Assembly (NCBI RefSeq): GCF_001194135.2
Contig: NC_068983.1
Location: forward strand, 155,894,443 to 155,927,072
Direction of reading: 5' to 3'
Length of the DNA: 32,630 nucleotides
DNA from: Octopus bimaculoides
Lineage: Eukaryota
The translations under genes were made by a program, and so were the position numbers. Positions 12,109-24,599 of the stretch are shown piece after piece. The number at the start of each line of letters is the position of its first letter. Within the stretch, counting starts at the first letter, position 1. The notes beneath the pieces were generated by a model. The model was not told the DNA's origin. It worked only from the letters and a program-made list of their open reading frames with translations, and did not search any database.

Positions 12109-12499
12109 CAAATGTATACACACACACGCATATATATATATATATATATATAAATTTATATTGCTTCGTATATATGCGCTTACACTGACATCTGCAGCGC
12201 TACGGGTATTATATATGTGTACTGTAACCCTGTCAAGATGTAATGATAGAGAAATAACAAAACAAAAAATGTTTCCTAAAGGAAATATTATTATGTACAA
12301 TACAAAAGCTCATGACCTATTGATGATGGATAAGTTTTCTTATTGAAGCATTGATCTGTGATAGCGACTCATCAGATTGGCTGCCATTTTCTTCTTTTAC
12401 ATATAGAGACAATCCAGTGTTAGTACTGACCCCGGTTCCCTCCTACGCAATGCACGTTGAAAGAGGGTGAAAAATAAAAGAAGAGAGAAATATGTAAGG

Positions 12500-14400
12500 T
12501 TATGTGGAATGAATTCAGATATCGTACTGAGTGTTAACGTATTTAAATATTGGTGAAAGTTGAGGAAAATAGTCAGCAAAATTCCTTTTATGATGAAATG
12601 TCAGTACATTTAATATGTAAGTGACTCAATCTCCGTCGTTTGTTATATTTTACCTTTGAATTGTTGTGTGAAAATGATATTGTTAATATTCTTGAGAATT
12701 AAAGTTCATCTCCGCTCCTACTCTTTCTTTTATGTGTATGTATACATACACATGCAGACACCCACATTTACATGCGTGTGTATATGTGTCCGCATGTTTA
12801 CATATGTATATAAAATATGTGCTTCTGAGCGCATGCTTGTTCGTGTGCATACATTTATGTATGAGTGAACATATATTTTCGAATGATTCTATGAAAATTA
12901 GAAGTTAAAAATCAGCATTTCGCAGTCATACAGGATAGCGAACGCTAAAGTGTGTAATCTAACAAAGAAGACATTGTCCTCAATTCCTATAACCTGAAAG
13001 TATGAGACCATGTGACTTAAGGTTGTGGAAGACATACGATCCCACCATGAAACACAACTATACTAAATCTCAAATCAAATTACGTCGAAAATAATAGCAA
13101 ATGTTGAACAACCTCAAGAAAGAGAAATACATACGATTTAATCTAAGTATAGTTGACTTGCAGTTATATCAGCCGTGAAAATATTTCCTAATTAGTTGAA
13201 TACGCGTTTCCTTTCATAACTTAAGCACTTTCAAATATTCTACATTCATTACTTAAATAATATAACGTTCCATTACAAAAAATGTCGCATATTTCAAGGG
13301 ATCTTAATCAATATAAACTAAAAATCATCCGTACTTAAATCTATAGACACAAGCTTGACTCTTTTAATCAAAATATTTACCTACAAGACCTTAAGAGTAA
13401 ACTTCAAGACATTGGACTCGTTTGCTATGGTAACTAATAACACATTTGTTATGCATTCGATGTACAGTGAATTATATAATTTGGGACTCAGCTAGAATCC
13501 TTATACATTTCGAAATCAAAATAGATTTCATGAGAGAGTAGAATATTAAAACCATAAATTCTATTCTGAAATAGTTGTTTTCTTTGGGAAAACCATATTC
13601 TGGCAACAAAAATTGAATAAAACCGTATATTAGTTTCAAATCTTTGTGAAAGTGTCACTTGTTAGTCAATATCTTAATGCTCACATATAAAACATTTAAC
13701 ACATTATCCCATTTCAAAACTTCGATCTACCTTAGGTAGATATTCTAAGCAACACCCCAGTGTTATTCTCCTACTAAAGACCAGTAATGATCCTTCATTC
13801 TATGAACAAATCATTTTGTTTTCATCCATAAATCGAACTTCGAAACTTTTTATCATTCTTATACAATTTTCTTCTCTTATATGGATAAAGAGGAGCTTAA
13901 ACTCAATTATTAAGCTCTTCTAATAAATTGCATTACAATTCTAATCTCATAACTTATTCATTTCGATTCAACAAATCAAAGCTGTAAACCAAATTACCTA
14001 CTTTATACCGCTTCCTATTATTATGTGAAGTATTATGCTCCTGCACCTCATAGATATTTCTGTTATTTCCAAGAATCTATCAGCCAACTTAAATACACCG
14101 TTATGCCAAAGCTCTAAGTCAACATATATAAATTACTCTTATCTCACTATCTTCGTAGCAATTCTCCAGTAAATTGTAAAGAACAAAGTGCTTAGTTTTC
14201 TCTAGATAATTTGCTCCAAAAACCTACCACATCCTGACTGTAATCTTCTTTATTACATTGTTCCCCCTAGCATCCACCAACTACACATGAATTAAGTTTT
14301 AACATAATCATTTTATAATTGGAGATGAACTGCAATAAATTGCTGTACAACTTAATACATGTATAAATATATACTTTTCTCTCTTCACACATATTCCGTG
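12500..14400 (-). mobile_element. Decayed Helitron RepHel fragment (Helitron_like_N plus Rep region)
   Basis: In order: NDKKFRSSIYG (13857-13825), EYGFP (13600-13586), ACVYRFK (13354-13334), NIFTADI (13185-13165), HGL..GQC, RYPV*LRN (12940-12917), IFKYVN (12550-12533). These match NQK.LRA..Y.G, YG.PDLF, ARVF..K, ISAEIP, HGPCG..C, GYP.YRRR and LFKYVNKG. Confidence 0.45.
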
Positions 14401-14906
14401 ATACTTATAGAAAGGTGAACTGTCCCATCATTAACTCAGCGCTTTGATTTTGATAACATGTTTTTAAAATTATAATCTTATAATTATACCAGATATTATC
14501 TTAAATTTTTCATTATACTTACAAATGCAATTATATATTTTTTAATATAATATCCCTTTAGCATATCAATTCAAATTCTTCTAATTATCAGTTCAAATAT
14601 TTTGTTTCTTCATCATGAACGATATAATTATACTCATATCCATTAACCTAATCACTTCCTGTGGTTTAAAATTATAACCTATTTGTAATACTATATTTCC
14701 TAGGTCACTTTTTCTTTACAACATTAATTTTATTAATACTACACAAAGTATATTTCTCATTAAGTGACTTAAATTTGCTTCATCATGAAATCATATGATT
14801 TTAATTTGTCTCGATATATAATATTATGCAACCTACGCAACTATTAATATTTTATGCAATTTCTATTTAAATAATATTAATTCATATTGCATATGTTATA
14901 GAAAGG

Positions 14907-14975
14907 TGAAGGCGAGTGACCTAATGGTCAGGGTGTTGACCTTGCAATCGTGGTTTCGTTCCCCAGACCAACGGT
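14907..14975 (+). mobile_element. Truncated tRNA-derived SINE head (same family as 6529-6780)
   Basis: GAAGGCGAGTGACCTAATGGTCAGGGTG...GTGGTTTCGTTCCCCAGACC carries A/B-box-like motifs. Confidence 0.6.
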
Positions 14976-15094
14976 ACATTTTGAATGTACGTGAACTTCC
15001 CTAAATCCATATTAACATATCAACATTTAACTCAGTAACCCAATGGAAACGTCTGTATATGTATGCAGTGTTGTTTTTTACTAGAACAACTAAA

Positions 15095-15710
15095 GTGTAG
15101 CTACTTTTGCTCGTCCTTACCTTGAATCCTGTTGTCCGCTGTGGTTCCCCCACACGATACAGGATATTATGAAAATTGAAGCTCCCCAGAGATTAATCAT
15201 AAGAAAAAAATAGATGATATGACAACCCTTGACTATTGGGATTGACTCAAATAGCTCAGGCTTTACTCCTTCCAATACCGCCGTGAGCGCTATATCATTT
15301 GTATGATGTGGAAAATATTCCGTCAATATCAAATGATATAGGTATCATCTTTAAAGTTCATCCAAATCTTGGCCCCCGTGCCATCCGTCCACTACAGAAA
15401 TCATGTTCGTGTTATATTACAACACTACGACAGAACTATTTCATCTCAACTGACCCTGCTCTCTTCAACATCGTGCCAACCCACATGAAGGAGGAAAGTG
15501 ATTTCACGGCATTCAAACGGTCCCTAGATGATAACCTCCAACAAATACCAAACAAACAACTCATACCCGGTTATGTCTCTGAAAACAATAACTTTCTGCT
15601 CGAAAGGGCTATGGTTCCCAAGAGCTGATTTTGTATCTCTTCCAGGTGGTGGTGGTGTTATTAATTTAGACATGGCCTGGGCCAACTTCGGCCGAGGCTC
15701 AAATAAGTAA
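15095..15710 (+). mobile_element. 5'-truncated CR1-group LINE: ORF2 C-terminus plus 3' UTR
   Basis: ATFARPYLESCCPLWFPHTIQDIMKIEAPQR...TLDYWD*LK*LRLYSFQYRRERYIICMMWKIF, then after a frameshift HPNLGP...PALFNIVP...FKRSLDDNLQQIP...PGY. This matches the classic VRP.LEYC..WSP / LDYWERL..L.LYSL.RRRERY tail. Confidence 0.9.
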
Positions 15711-15858
15711 TCCATATATATATATATATAAAATTTAGATTCAAAATTGAATGTGGCACTTAAGTTTAGGCACCAGAATATAGTATGGTATTACCCAAAT
15801 AATACCGAAAACAAGGTGATCAAAAATCAAAAAAATCAACACGGATTTTGAAGGTTAT

Positions 15859-16132
15859 TGCAGTACGCACGTTTCATGCTACTCCATTTATTTAAGTAAT
15901 GCGAGCATTGCAGTAAATGCAAGATGCAGAGCAATCTTCAGCTGCACAAGGATATAGAAAATTTACTGAAAATTTCAGCAGAATGGTCATCTTACTGTTG
16001 TGACAAGATTTAAAATCTAAGTGGGAAAGAAGAATACATAAAAAAACCATCTTGACATAGCCAAGGCTACCAGGCTAATGTAATGCTCGCATTACTTAGA
16101 TAAATAGAGTAGCATGAAAAGTGCGTACTGCA
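15859..16132. mobile_element. MITE/foldback element with at least 54-bp inverted repeats
   Basis: 15859-15912 and the reverse complement of 16079-16132 match at 50 of 54 positions, with a 166-bp spacer. The right arm runs into the N gap at 16133. Confidence 0.75.
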
Positions 16133-16142
16133 NNNNNNNNNN

Positions 16143-16214
<72 letters not shown>
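16143..16214. repeat. (TG)n microsatellite
   Basis: Direct reading. Confidence 0.95.
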
Positions 16215-16216
<2 letters not shown>

Positions 16217-17360
16217 TGTATATATGTGGATGCATGCATACATACAAGCACTTTCCAGTAAGACCATTTAGACAGCACATTTCATTCTCAGTGTACATAC
16301 CTATTATATGAGTAAATGTATAGTTTAAAAGCCTACGTAAGTATCATGAGATCGACCTACATGAACATTTAATCATTTGGAAATTAATTTCATGTAAATC
16401 GCTTCCCGAATGATTCAATTATGTTTAGCAGTAAGTGTTTAATTGTGATATACTAGAGTATATGTCTAGTGGTTCATATTAAAAGATATACATACAGGAA
16501 TGTGGGTAATTTCACTACTTAGCAATTTAAATAATTGTAAGCGTATGTTGAAGCAAACACTGCGTGGAAATATTTTCCCATGTATAAATATCCTCTTTAA
16601 ATTTAATACACATATAAGTAAAAATTCCATGTAAAGATCCGTCTGTATAAACATGTATGTCGATTTTACTGTCTTAGTTATTTAATCGCTTGTGAAACTA
16701 TTTTGTCATAAAAACATCCATAAAATATTTTTATTATATTTAAATCTAAATATGTCAATATTTAACTTAGATACTTAGATACGCACAGAATTACACAGAG
16801 AAAAGGGTGTATGGAAACATGTGAAGATTAACTGCATATCTCTTAAATCAACCGTTAACCTATTTTGATACAAAAATATGTTTAATTCGAAGTATAAGCA
16901 GAGGTTTATATATGATATATGCGTAAACTCATAGCACTATGCCTATAGCAGTGCTGGTTAACCTAAGTACACATCTGATTTAACTGCATATTCTTTTCAC
17001 AATTTGCCATGTAAGTTAAGGTTATAGCGGTCTTGAATTACAATATTTAATCCATTTGGATGTCTGCGTTAGATTAGCTCAAATGTAGCAATCGCATATG
17101 TGATATAAATTACATATCCATTTAGCTATTTGAGAACGAATTGAGACGCTAAACTGGCAATGGAGTATTTAATATAATTTAAGTCCGAGTATTTGCTGGG
17201 CATTAGTCTTGATATGCATAAGTACACACAAGTGTATTTGCTTGTAGAATGATATATATAGCGCACATAGACATATGTATACATATCTTCCAACATTTGT
17301 ATGAATCTATTCAAAAATGGATGACTGGATATGTCTATATAGGTAAGTGTATATATGGGA

Positions 17361-17411
<51 letters not shown>

Positions 17412-17869
17412 CATATATACATATCTTTATGTACATATACATGTTATCGTGCATGATCCTTGTTTTCTAACCACGTTACTACGTTCTTTGTTAATTTGGA
17501 ACTAACATAGGATTATGAGTGTAATGGAGAAAGGGATGTGACGGATCGAATTATACTCAGTATTGGACGAGCCACACAATAATACAAAGGCCTGGGCAGA
17601 GGAGATCTCATTGGCTGTGTAGTTTTTATTGCTTCAATTCGATGTATGTTGCAACTGTTTTTAATAAGTGGTAGACTTGGAGCGCAAGTTGTTTGACTCT
17701 AATTTGTAATAAAATAATAGCAAATATTAATTACCATAAAAATAAGGTAGAATATCATGAACTCGTATTATTGCTTTCAATATAATTGGCGACCTTAGTC
17801 GAGGCATTCCTCTCATAGGAATAGACATATGGGATCGACACCCACGCGCATAAATATGTATACACGCAC

Positions 17870-17870
17870 A

Positions 17871-17915
<45 letters not shown>

Positions 17916-17975
17916 ACACACATACACACACACACATACACACACACACATACACACACACACACACACACCCAC
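17870..17975. repeat. (CA)n microsatellite
   Basis: Direct reading. Confidence 0.95.
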
Positions 17976-19105
17976 AAACAATTATTTGAACCTAGTAGTA
18001 TGCCGATTAAAGTAGTTTCACTGTCTGTGGCTACCTGATATCACCCACAGTCTTGAAATAAATGCCATTGGATCTATTTCAGGACATTCCGCAGTGAATT
18101 CTATTTTCTGTTTTTGTCATACATCTGTCAGAAAGTATACTAGCCTTTATATATTTAATACTCTATATTTAATACTCAATATTTCATATATTCAATAAGA
18201 CATTCAATACTTCAATTCATTTTACTATTTATATTATATATTCCATATTCTATATCCCATATTAATTTTATAAGAATATAAGAACATAGAAAACAGACAG
18301 AGTTGCAACTATTTTAAATAATATATTCCTCTATACACGATCATACAAAACCCGTTTTTAAAAATTTTTTTATCTTTATTTTAATTTTTATTTACATATA
18401 TATATATATGTGTGTGTGTAAACAGAGTTAACAGTTATAGTAACCGACTAAGGGATAAAATATCCGTATATACTATCAGTAACATTTGTCTGTATTATCC
18501 CTGGGCATTGGTGTGCAGGCATACTATACATGTAGAGTGCAGATAACAACAGGATAAACGAGGGTTTATCAGGAACCAATGCAAATATATATACATAAAA
18601 CTGTGTTTTTCTGCGTATGTGCGCATGTATAAATATATATACACGTATATAATAGTAATAGTTATTACATATATATATATACACATATATATATATACAT
18701 ACATATATATATACANNNNNNNNNNTATATATATATATATATAAACGTGCATGCATGTACATATATATGCATATGTAATATATCTATATGTGTATGCATG
18801 TTTTTGTTGATAGTGTTTGAGGTAAATGGATTGGTTGAAGATTTATATCGTAGGAGATGTGCGAAGATATATTGTCGAAATCAATTTCGCAAGGATAAGT
18901 CAGTTAGTATGTCTAAACAAAAATATTTATCACTTTGTGTATTCAAAGTTAACTTTGAAGCTTACTAGTCTTATGCTAATTTACGAGATATTATGATTTA
19001 TAACTGCACACAAGAGTATATGTACATACACACATATAGAGTGAGAAGCCCATATATTTTTGTCAGTCTACAGTTTATTTCACGAAGAGATGCGAAGCGA
19101 ATAAC

Positions 19106-19243
19106 TACGTATGTATGCATGTATGTATGTATGTATGTATGTATGTATGTATGTATGTATGTATGTATATGTATGTATGTATATATGTATGTATGTATGT
19201 ATGTGTATATGTATGCATGTATGTATGTGTGCATGTATGTAAG

Positions 19244-19282
<39 letters not shown>

Positions 19283-19625
19283 ATGTATGCGTGAATGTAT
19301 GTAAGCATCTACGTATGTCGATAGGTAGGTAAATATATGTATGCGTGTGGGTATTTATGAAATGTATATATGCATGTGTGTATATATGTACGTATGTATG
19401 TATGTATGAAGGTATGTGTGTATGTATGCTCGTGCTTATGTATGTGTGTATGTATATATGTATGAATAAGTTTTGCATGTATATATATATAAATGTATAT
19501 TCACACATAAATGTATGTATGTATATATACACTTGCATTTATACATACAAATATATATACATACAAAGGTACATATGTACATACATACGTGCATACATAC
19601 ATACATCTATACATACATACTTAAC
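19106..19625. repeat. (TATG)n/(TA)n compound low-complexity tract
   Basis: Perfect TATG arrays followed by degenerate TATG/CATA sequence. Confidence 0.9.
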
Positions 19626-20962
19626 TATGAATGTGTGACAACTTCGTAATAGCTTTTCAGTCCATGTGTGACCCTGTCTCTACCAATTCTCATCGCAAAG
19701 TGATTTTCCAAAGTCAGTAATTTATTTTTCCAAAACGACATAAAGAGTGCTACGATGCACGGCCATGTACTTTATATACAATGTTATACATGTAAGTATG
19801 GAAGTCCACATATAACTATAGATACGTAGGTACTATGTATATTTATTAAAGTATATATACATATTTAAAGGCATATAATTAAATTTCTCGAATATATAAG
19901 GTAAACAGTTTTTCCGTCCAAGAAATGTTAGGAAGGAGATGGAATTAGCAAGAAATAAATTCGTATTTTGATCAATAATGTAAAGGAAAATAACGATGGT
20001 TAAATGAAAAGACACTAACGTTTAAAATTACATCTTACATATTAAGGTAAACTTGTATAAGTCGTGTATATGCATTAGCTATGACTTTCTTGGAAGTTCG
20101 TGTTTCTGACATCATCGGATTTACTATAAGGGCATTTTCAGAATCAAAAACCTTGATCATCGGGTAGTTAAATAAGAAAAGACAACCAATAATTCCTTAT
20201 GTAAAATTTCGCGAAATGCATATACAGTAACATAAAAAGCTTAAAATTACGACAATATTAAGATAGCGAGCTCTAAAAACAGAAGTTAGATTTGAAATAT
20301 AATTAAAAATTATAAATGTACAAAAGATAAATATACACATTAATGCTCACATGTATGCTTGTCTTTGTGTATACCTGTTTGTATCTGTCTCTATGTATTT
20401 CTATAGGTATCCTTCTATGTATGACAACATGTATATATATATGGAAATTTTTCCTTCATCAGCTACCTCTATTCTAAACTAGGCGTTTCGAAGATGAGGG
20501 AGATCGCGTTAAGCTGAACGAGATGAGATACGTGACACATGTTTTATTACAGGTGCCACTGTAATATATATTTTCATCCACCCCTAGATACCTGTAATAT
20601 ATGTATGTACGTATGTATGTATGTATGTATGTATGTATGTATGTATGTATGTATGCTTTGCAGTAGAATGANNNNNNNNNNNNNNNNNNNNNNNNNNNNN
20701 NNNNNNNNNNNNNNNNNNNNNNNNNNNNNNNNNNNNNNNNNNNNNNNNNNNNNNNNNNNNNNNNNNNNNNNNNNNNNNNNNNNNNNNNNNNNNNNNNNNN
20801 NNNNNNNNNNNNNNNNNNNNNNNNNNNNNNNNNNNNNNNNNNNNNNNNNNNNNNNNNNNNNNNNNNNNNNNNNNNNNNNNNNNNNNNNNNNNNNNNNNNN
20901 NNNNNNNNNNNNNNNNNNNNNNNNNNNNNNNNNNNNNNNNNNNNNNNNNNNNNNNNNNNNNN

Positions 20963-21053
<91 letters not shown>

Positions 21054-21533
21054 ATAAGTATATATGCACACACACATACTTATATACATCCATGACACAA
21101 ATGTAATTTAGCATACGTAATAAACGAAAGCACTCAATAGCCAATCAATGGAGCTCCATTTAAAATCCCTTGGTTTACATGAACTTTAGGAGGCTAAAGG
21201 CTGTTTCCTGTATTAATAATTTACTTCTACGTTTATATTTGTTTTATTCTGAGAATTAGGAGTAAAGGTCTAATGTTTAACATTAAATCAAGACTTGTAC
21301 ATCAATCAATAACAATTAATATGATCAGTTACGATATGGAAACTATAATTACTGTTTATTTTATGTTGGCATTCTTTCGTTTATAAACCAAAAGTAGACA
21401 TTAGGCATGTCTGTGTGCAATGGTATGTGGTGCACTTGTGTAGATCTATGGTTTGTTTTCATGCACACACAAACACACACGTGCACACACACACACGCGC
21501 ACACACACACAAAGACGGACATATATGTATATG

Positions 21534-21618
<85 letters not shown>

Positions 21619-22604
21619 GTGTGTGTGGCTTTGAAGATATCGCAAACAAAACTGGTTTCGGAGTACTTTTAAAGGGTTTAGAATATCTGAAGGAGTGCTG
21701 CAATGAGTGCAAATCTGATTAACTGATCCTCCTGTATTCTCTTTTACCCAAGGCCATGAACTTATCAGCAATCCCTCGTATATATGAACATTTGGCTTTC
21801 AGCGGTTTTTATTTCGCCTGTAGCAATTTAGCGTAGACTAAAACACTATTTATATTCGTAAACAGCTGTTATTTTGCCTCTAAATGGTAATATTGTTTCC
21901 TTTGGTTTCATATACCATGTCTGTATTTTGGATTTTCTGTTTTTTCATGTCTTTACGCCGAATCGGCTAACTTGGTACCCTTTACAACATACTATCTCTG
22001 TTTGTGCCGCTCTAGTTGATCATATCTTATTGTTTCATAGAATTATTTACATCAAATTCCATGGAGGAGTCACACTACTACAGTTTGAGAATCCTGTAAT
22101 CTCTAAATTATATCTCCATTTGTTTGTAGTCTATTTCTTGATTTCCATATTCATAAATGATAGACAAGTTCCTAAATGCTAAAAGTTGGCATATATTTTT
22201 ATTTCACCAAAACTGAGTAGAAATGAGGTCATTTAAAAACGTTTCTAAATTTAACAGTCCGTTTCATAGAATGTATATCAGAGTATTTTACATTTATAGA
22301 AAAATTTGTATGGTAAAACAATTAAAGAATAACTTTTATTCTTCCTTAAATGGTATCTGAGGAAGAAAACTATCTTCGCGAGGATATGATTCAAAAATAA
22401 AGAAGTTTGCTAACTATAATGTTCTACCATACGTTGTCAATAAATGCTTCTCTAAGAGATAAGAAAGTATGCGCGTGTGTGTTGCGCATGCGAGTGAAAA
22501 TTAGAGTAAGATAAAAGGGGAAAACTGAAATCTGAGAGAATTTTTTTTTTTTCAAATGAATGAGAGAGAAAACTATTTTGATGTCTTAAGTTTACACCGT
22601 TCCT

Positions 22605-22745
22605 ATATATCATGGTGATTCTTCTACCTATCTACCACTTCCTGACAACTATCAATCTTTCACCATCGCCTTTCAAACTTTGCTAATCTACCTTACGGAG
22701 ATATGAGACTCAAGATATTTTCTTCCTTAACTACACTGAAATGAT
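22605..22745 (+). mobile_element. Possible Penelope-like (PLE) RT N-terminal relic
   Basis: One frame reads GDSSTYLPLPDN...RYFLP*LH*N, resembling L.D..TY..L..DP and FY.LPKIHK. Short and stop-containing. Confidence 0.3.
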
Positions 22746-23190
22746 TTTGCTGTGTACAAATCTTGGAAACTATTTATTGACAAATGGTGACATGGTTTCA
22801 TAACAAACAATTATCAATGTATATATATGTGTGCGTATAAACAGACATACAAGCATATCTAGACTGAATACACATTGAGCGACGCGGTAACATAAAAGTA
22901 TGACTGGAAGAAAACACACAGATACATTTGCTGCATCAGACACAAATAATTCAGTGAGCGCTTAAGTTAATTTAGTGAACCAAGAAAATTTAATTAAAAT
23001 TACACTTTGAATAATACTGTATTGCTTTTAACTAAACACAGACATTATATACTTGAGTAAGAAAATGGAGGAAATCTCTATCACCGATATATATGCAAGA
23101 AGAGACATTGTAGAATAAATAACAAGAATTTTTAACTTCGGCTCAAAGCAACACTGTTTTATAATCTGACTGGTACATATATATATATGA

Positions 23191-23192
<2 letters not shown>

Positions 23193-23243
<51 letters not shown>

Positions 23244-23300
23244 CAGACAGACAGACACAGACAGACAGACAGAGAGAGAGAAACAGACAAACAGACAGAC
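23193..23300. repeat. (GA)n/(GACA)n compound microsatellite
   Basis: Direct reading. Confidence 0.95.
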
Positions 23301-23567
23301 AAAGAACGCGTGTTTTTGAAAAGATAATCGAAAGAAAAAGTTAGTGACGTTCTGATAAAGAATTTACAGCTTGTCAAAAAAATTATAATTTAAATAAAAG
23401 TATCTATTTTATTTCGCTTTTGGATTTGGCGCGCAAGTTTCTCTACGTGAGTTCGTGTGTTGAAGCATATTTTGTTGTATCTGGTGAGGGTCATTCTCTT
23501 TTAGTGCCTTATTATTTATCTTTCTTTATACTTAGTAAAACTGTATCAAGTAATTTTCACAAGGACT

Positions 23568-23615
23568 TGCTGACGACCTGGATATACACAAATACTGCTG
23601 ACGACCCGGATATAC
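23568..23615 (+). repeat. 20-bp direct repeat TGCTGACGACC(T/C)GGATATAC, period 28
   Basis: 23568-23587 and 23596-23615 differ at 1 of 20 positions. Confidence 0.9.
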
Positions 23616-23694
23616 CACTTTAGCAGCAGCTGCTACTCTGCACCGCCTGCACCAAGGTCGCCGTTGGCAACCAACTCCATGCACATAACGGCCA

Positions 23695-23762
23695 TTTACC
23701 AACCCCCAACGTTTACCAACCCCCAACGCATATCAATCACCAATGCTTACCTATCCCCAACG
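23695..23762 (+). repeat. 17-bp minisatellite x4 (TTTACCAACCCCCAACG)
   Basis: Two identical units followed by two diverged units in register. Confidence 0.8.
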
Positions 23763-24599
23763 CTTGTTTTGCGCGCGTATACTTACGCACGCACGCGTGC
23801 ACATGTGCGCGTGCATGCATGTGTGCGCACACACTGGTATGCAGGCGTACTTGCATGCGAATATACATATAATACATATGAATGGATACGCATGTGATGT
23901 GTATGCGTGTGTGTGCATGTGTGCATATGTGTTTGTATATGTGTGCCTGTGCGAGCTTGAGTGTTCGTCCAATGGCGCAAGCGCGCGCGCGTGTGTGTGT
24001 GTGTGTGTGCAGACGTGCTCGTGCGCGCCCATGTATCGATGTGCATTCTCGCATCAATATACACATGCACACAAAGCTATATGAGCGAATCTGCACATCC
24101 AAATATAGAGTTATATGCTTGCACATGTCGCTCATTCCTACTTCCCCCAACAACCTGATCTATTTCTAATCGCCAAGTGCTCTATTTCCTCTCCTCCACC
24201 TGGTCAATTTCCTGTTCACCATGCGGTATTTTCCAAGTAACTGTTACCTATATACCAACATCAATCGCTGCCCACCTTATGGCAATAACAATCAACTTCT
24301 GCCAGTCAAATTAAAAATGGCTGACGACTAGCATCACGCGTGAAACTGAAGAGTACCAACGAATTTGAATCAAACTGTTTTGATCCATATATATATATAC
24401 ATATGAAGGCTTTTCGAATGGAAAACAACTCGCTCGACACTTAACAGCTCTTCTAAAAACGGAGGAGACTGGCAAGTATCCTTCAACCACGGATCTGACG
24501 GGAATGCCTTTAGCAGAGTGCCACTGCCAATTTAGCGTAGGTGCTAGGTGGTTGTGTGAAAATTAGATTATAAATTAGGTTTAACTGTATTGGCTATGG

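Noticed and set aside
12340-12400. Minus-strand CTGATGAGTC hammerhead, or a C/D snoRNA on the plus strand
   Set aside because: No matching GAC-GAAA, no D box and no terminal stem.
13000-14300. Gypsy integrase reading (H-x4-H-x31-CxxC, VSIDL, YGFP)
   Set aside because: Motif spacing does not fit an integrase and the motifs fall in inconsistent order; Helitron Rep fits better.
17500-17620. LINE-like words (LYYCVARPIL on minus, GERDVTDRI on plus)
   Set aside because: Too short and contradictory between strands.
20440-20500. Minus-strand CGAAAC...CTGATGA as a type-II hammerhead
   Set aside because: Stems I and II do not pair in register.
23568-23762. CRISPR-like interpretation of the short direct repeats
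   Set aside because: Eukaryotic context, only 2-4 units, no unique 25-45-bp spacers and no cas genes.
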